This document shows, in pieces, positions 61,701 through 64,000 of a DNA stretch of 64,000 bases. The DNA is taken from contig NC_043009.1 in NCBI RefSeq assembly GCF_006345805.1, forward strand, positions 11,718,001-11,782,000, given 5' to 3'. Position numbers and translations under genes: made by a program. A model generated the notes under the pieces. The model did not search any database. It worked only from the letters and a program-made list of their open reading frames with translations, and had not been told where the DNA came from. Source of the stretch: Octopus sinensis (Eukaryota). The stretch's first letter is position 1, and every line of letters begins with the position of its first letter.

Positions 61701-64000
61701 AGATGTTATTAAAATAAAAACACTTTGAGGATCTTTTCACAAAGAAATTATTTTTAAAATCTGCCAGTCAAAGAGAAAAGATCCTACTTTAAATCGTACA
61801 TACACACACACAGGCATATATATATATATATATATACAAACACACTACATACACAAATATATATACACATACATATAAATACACACAAATATACATGTGT
61901 GTGTGTGTGCGTAAATGATCGTTTGAGCTGATGAGTTTTCTTTTATTTCGTTCATATTTCCCACAATTAACTATGTATTCCACATGCAGAAGGCATCCCT
62001 CAGATACTCCCAACCCTGCCTTATCACTACAAAACTCGGATGTCCTTATTTCTTTCTTAGGCTCGACACTTCTCTTCACTGTATGAACGATTAAAAAAGT
62101 TATTTATTTTTATGTTTTTCCTTAAATTAATCACTAAAAAGTTATTGCTCGCAACTTTTAATTCGTAAATTCATAAGTTTTATTGCACAGCCCAGCTGCA
62201 GCAAAACTCTTCCGTCTCAAGTTAATGAAGTTGTGGAACCTGTTGTCTACTGGCGGCAAATTGAAAAGTTCGAGTAAGTGGAATTTAATTTATTACTAAA
62301 TCATAAAGAAATCTTAGCATATTCTGCTTGCTTTTTTTTCACTTTATTTGTTTACTGCTACGAAAAAAACTACCGTCATTTATTAAGTTGTTTAATGCCA
62401 AGTCCAACCTAATCAAGCACTGACCACTGTATACAATAATTTCATTATTATTATTATTTTAAACTTATGATCAATGTTAGTCATTCCGGCAGCAACTAAA
62501 TCGCATTTTGTTCTTTCTAAGACTTAGTTTATTTAGGGCCACATTATCCAGGATTAACTTTTTTTCTTTCATACGGTAGTGTGTGATTTGAAGGAGATTT
62601 GGCTGCTATTTCTAAAAAGTAGAATGACTAAATAAATGCTCCTTTATGTTTTTTTTTTTTTTTTTTTTCGAAGTGCTTTGTTGTTGTTGTGGATTATATG
62701 ATGCATTCTACCAGTGTCCGAAGTTTGAAAGTGTTTAGTTGCAAAAAATTAATTTCTCGATCTGCCGTTCAAAGGGTAAAGATTCGTTGTTTCTGAGCTT
62801 TTGGTCCTAAGCAACTTTGATCAAAAAGATGGGCGGATCGAAGGAAATCTGTCATCACTTTTTTAATTGGCAAAATTTTACAAAAATTTATCTTTGAATT
62901 TTTATATTTAGTGTAGTTTGGATTACCAATTCAATGTATTCTTTCTTTTATTTTGAAAATGGTAGTATGTGTTCTAAGAAAGATTACCAGATTTGGTTGC
63001 TATATCCAATAGACCGAGCGTTGCCCTTTTCTTTGTTGTTTAGCACCATTTCAATCCGGATCGAATAAACCTAGGATCTTTTCGGTTTGAACGGCAGTTT
63101 TTTAAAAATAATTTCCACGTAACTAAACACATTTAAACTTCGTATACTGGTAGAATGTGTTTATAAAACATCTTTTTCTCTTGGCTTCATTGAGAAAATT
63201 CTATGGTTTGTAAGATATTTTTTCTTCAATTTCTGCAATTTCAACCAATCAATGACGTCTATTGAGGTGAAAACATTCTGTGCCATATGACTATGTCCCT
63301 CGTTTTAGAAACAGAGGGTTTATTTACATTTCTGAAGAAAAAAGATACCCTTCCCCCCACCCCTAACCCTAGCTAACCCTAACCCTAAAACAGATTGAAA
63401 TGCAATAGATCGATACTAGGGTCATAATTATGGGTGACAATTTCATATGACACCGCTAGAAAAAACTGCTGTTCAAACCGAAAAGATCCTAAACCTATAA
63501 CAAAAAGATATTCCAACTATGGTCATCTCGTTTTTTCAAACGCAGTCCATTTTTTTTAGATGGTAGCTTATGATTTGATGGAGACTTGCTTGTTATTTCT
63601 AGCCAATCGAGCGACTATGTAAATGCACCTTCGTTGGCTTGTAGTCTAGGAGGTATCGACTACAGCTACCCTTATTACTGGTAAATGGTTTGGTAGAAGT
63701 TCCCGAGAAATAAGACTCTAAGAAAAGATGTGTTGCGCTGAGATTGAGTATCAAGTCCCGCTTTATCCAGTATTTAAGTTCTTGGAGTATCAATTTCTCA
63801 ACGCAGATCATCCTGCTTATAACTTTGTTTGGAATAATTTAGGTCTCAGATTTTGGGTTCAGCTCATAGTTCTGGAGTTCAAACTTTAGATGCAGTTCGT
63901 ATATTGGTTCTGTCACGAGAGATTTTTCTTTTCCATCATCCTGTAATGAATTTTATTGTGAATGCTTTTCTTTTGGCAGTCATACCTTTTACTTTCCGTT

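Noticed and set aside
63540-64000. Minus-strand ORF 63599-63811 and surrounding coding-like sequence
   Set aside because: It has stops upstream and no motif I can name; possibly a decayed retroelement truncated by the window edge.

Overview
AT-rich eukaryotic genomic DNA. The repeat families point to an octopus or other coleoid cephalopod; this is inferred from memory, not from a database search. Almost the whole window is one minus-strand gene, an SDA1/SDAD1 homolog (60S ribosome biogenesis factor). I reconstructed it by hand as 20 coding exons from ATG 61565-61567 to TAA 537-539, all GT-AG and phase-compatible, 2247 nt = 748 aa + stop. The introns are packed with tRNA-headed SINEs of about 4 families, degraded LINEs (R4/RLE-like, RTE, CR1 x2, Tx1-like, an RNase-H-bearing LINE, a Penelope-like element), short Helitrons, and piggyBac-like, hAT-like and other MITEs, with many nestings and inverted repeats. 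The most notable signal is three sequence-unrelated short repeats, each in or beside a (TA)n tract and each arranged as an inverted/foldback structure. All three carry minimal type-I hammerhead-ribozyme-like motifs; one is a 559-bp tandem monomer resembling a retrozyme or Penelope pseudo-LTR. No tRNA, rRNA or CRISPR features are supported. All element classifications are by-eye motif recognition.
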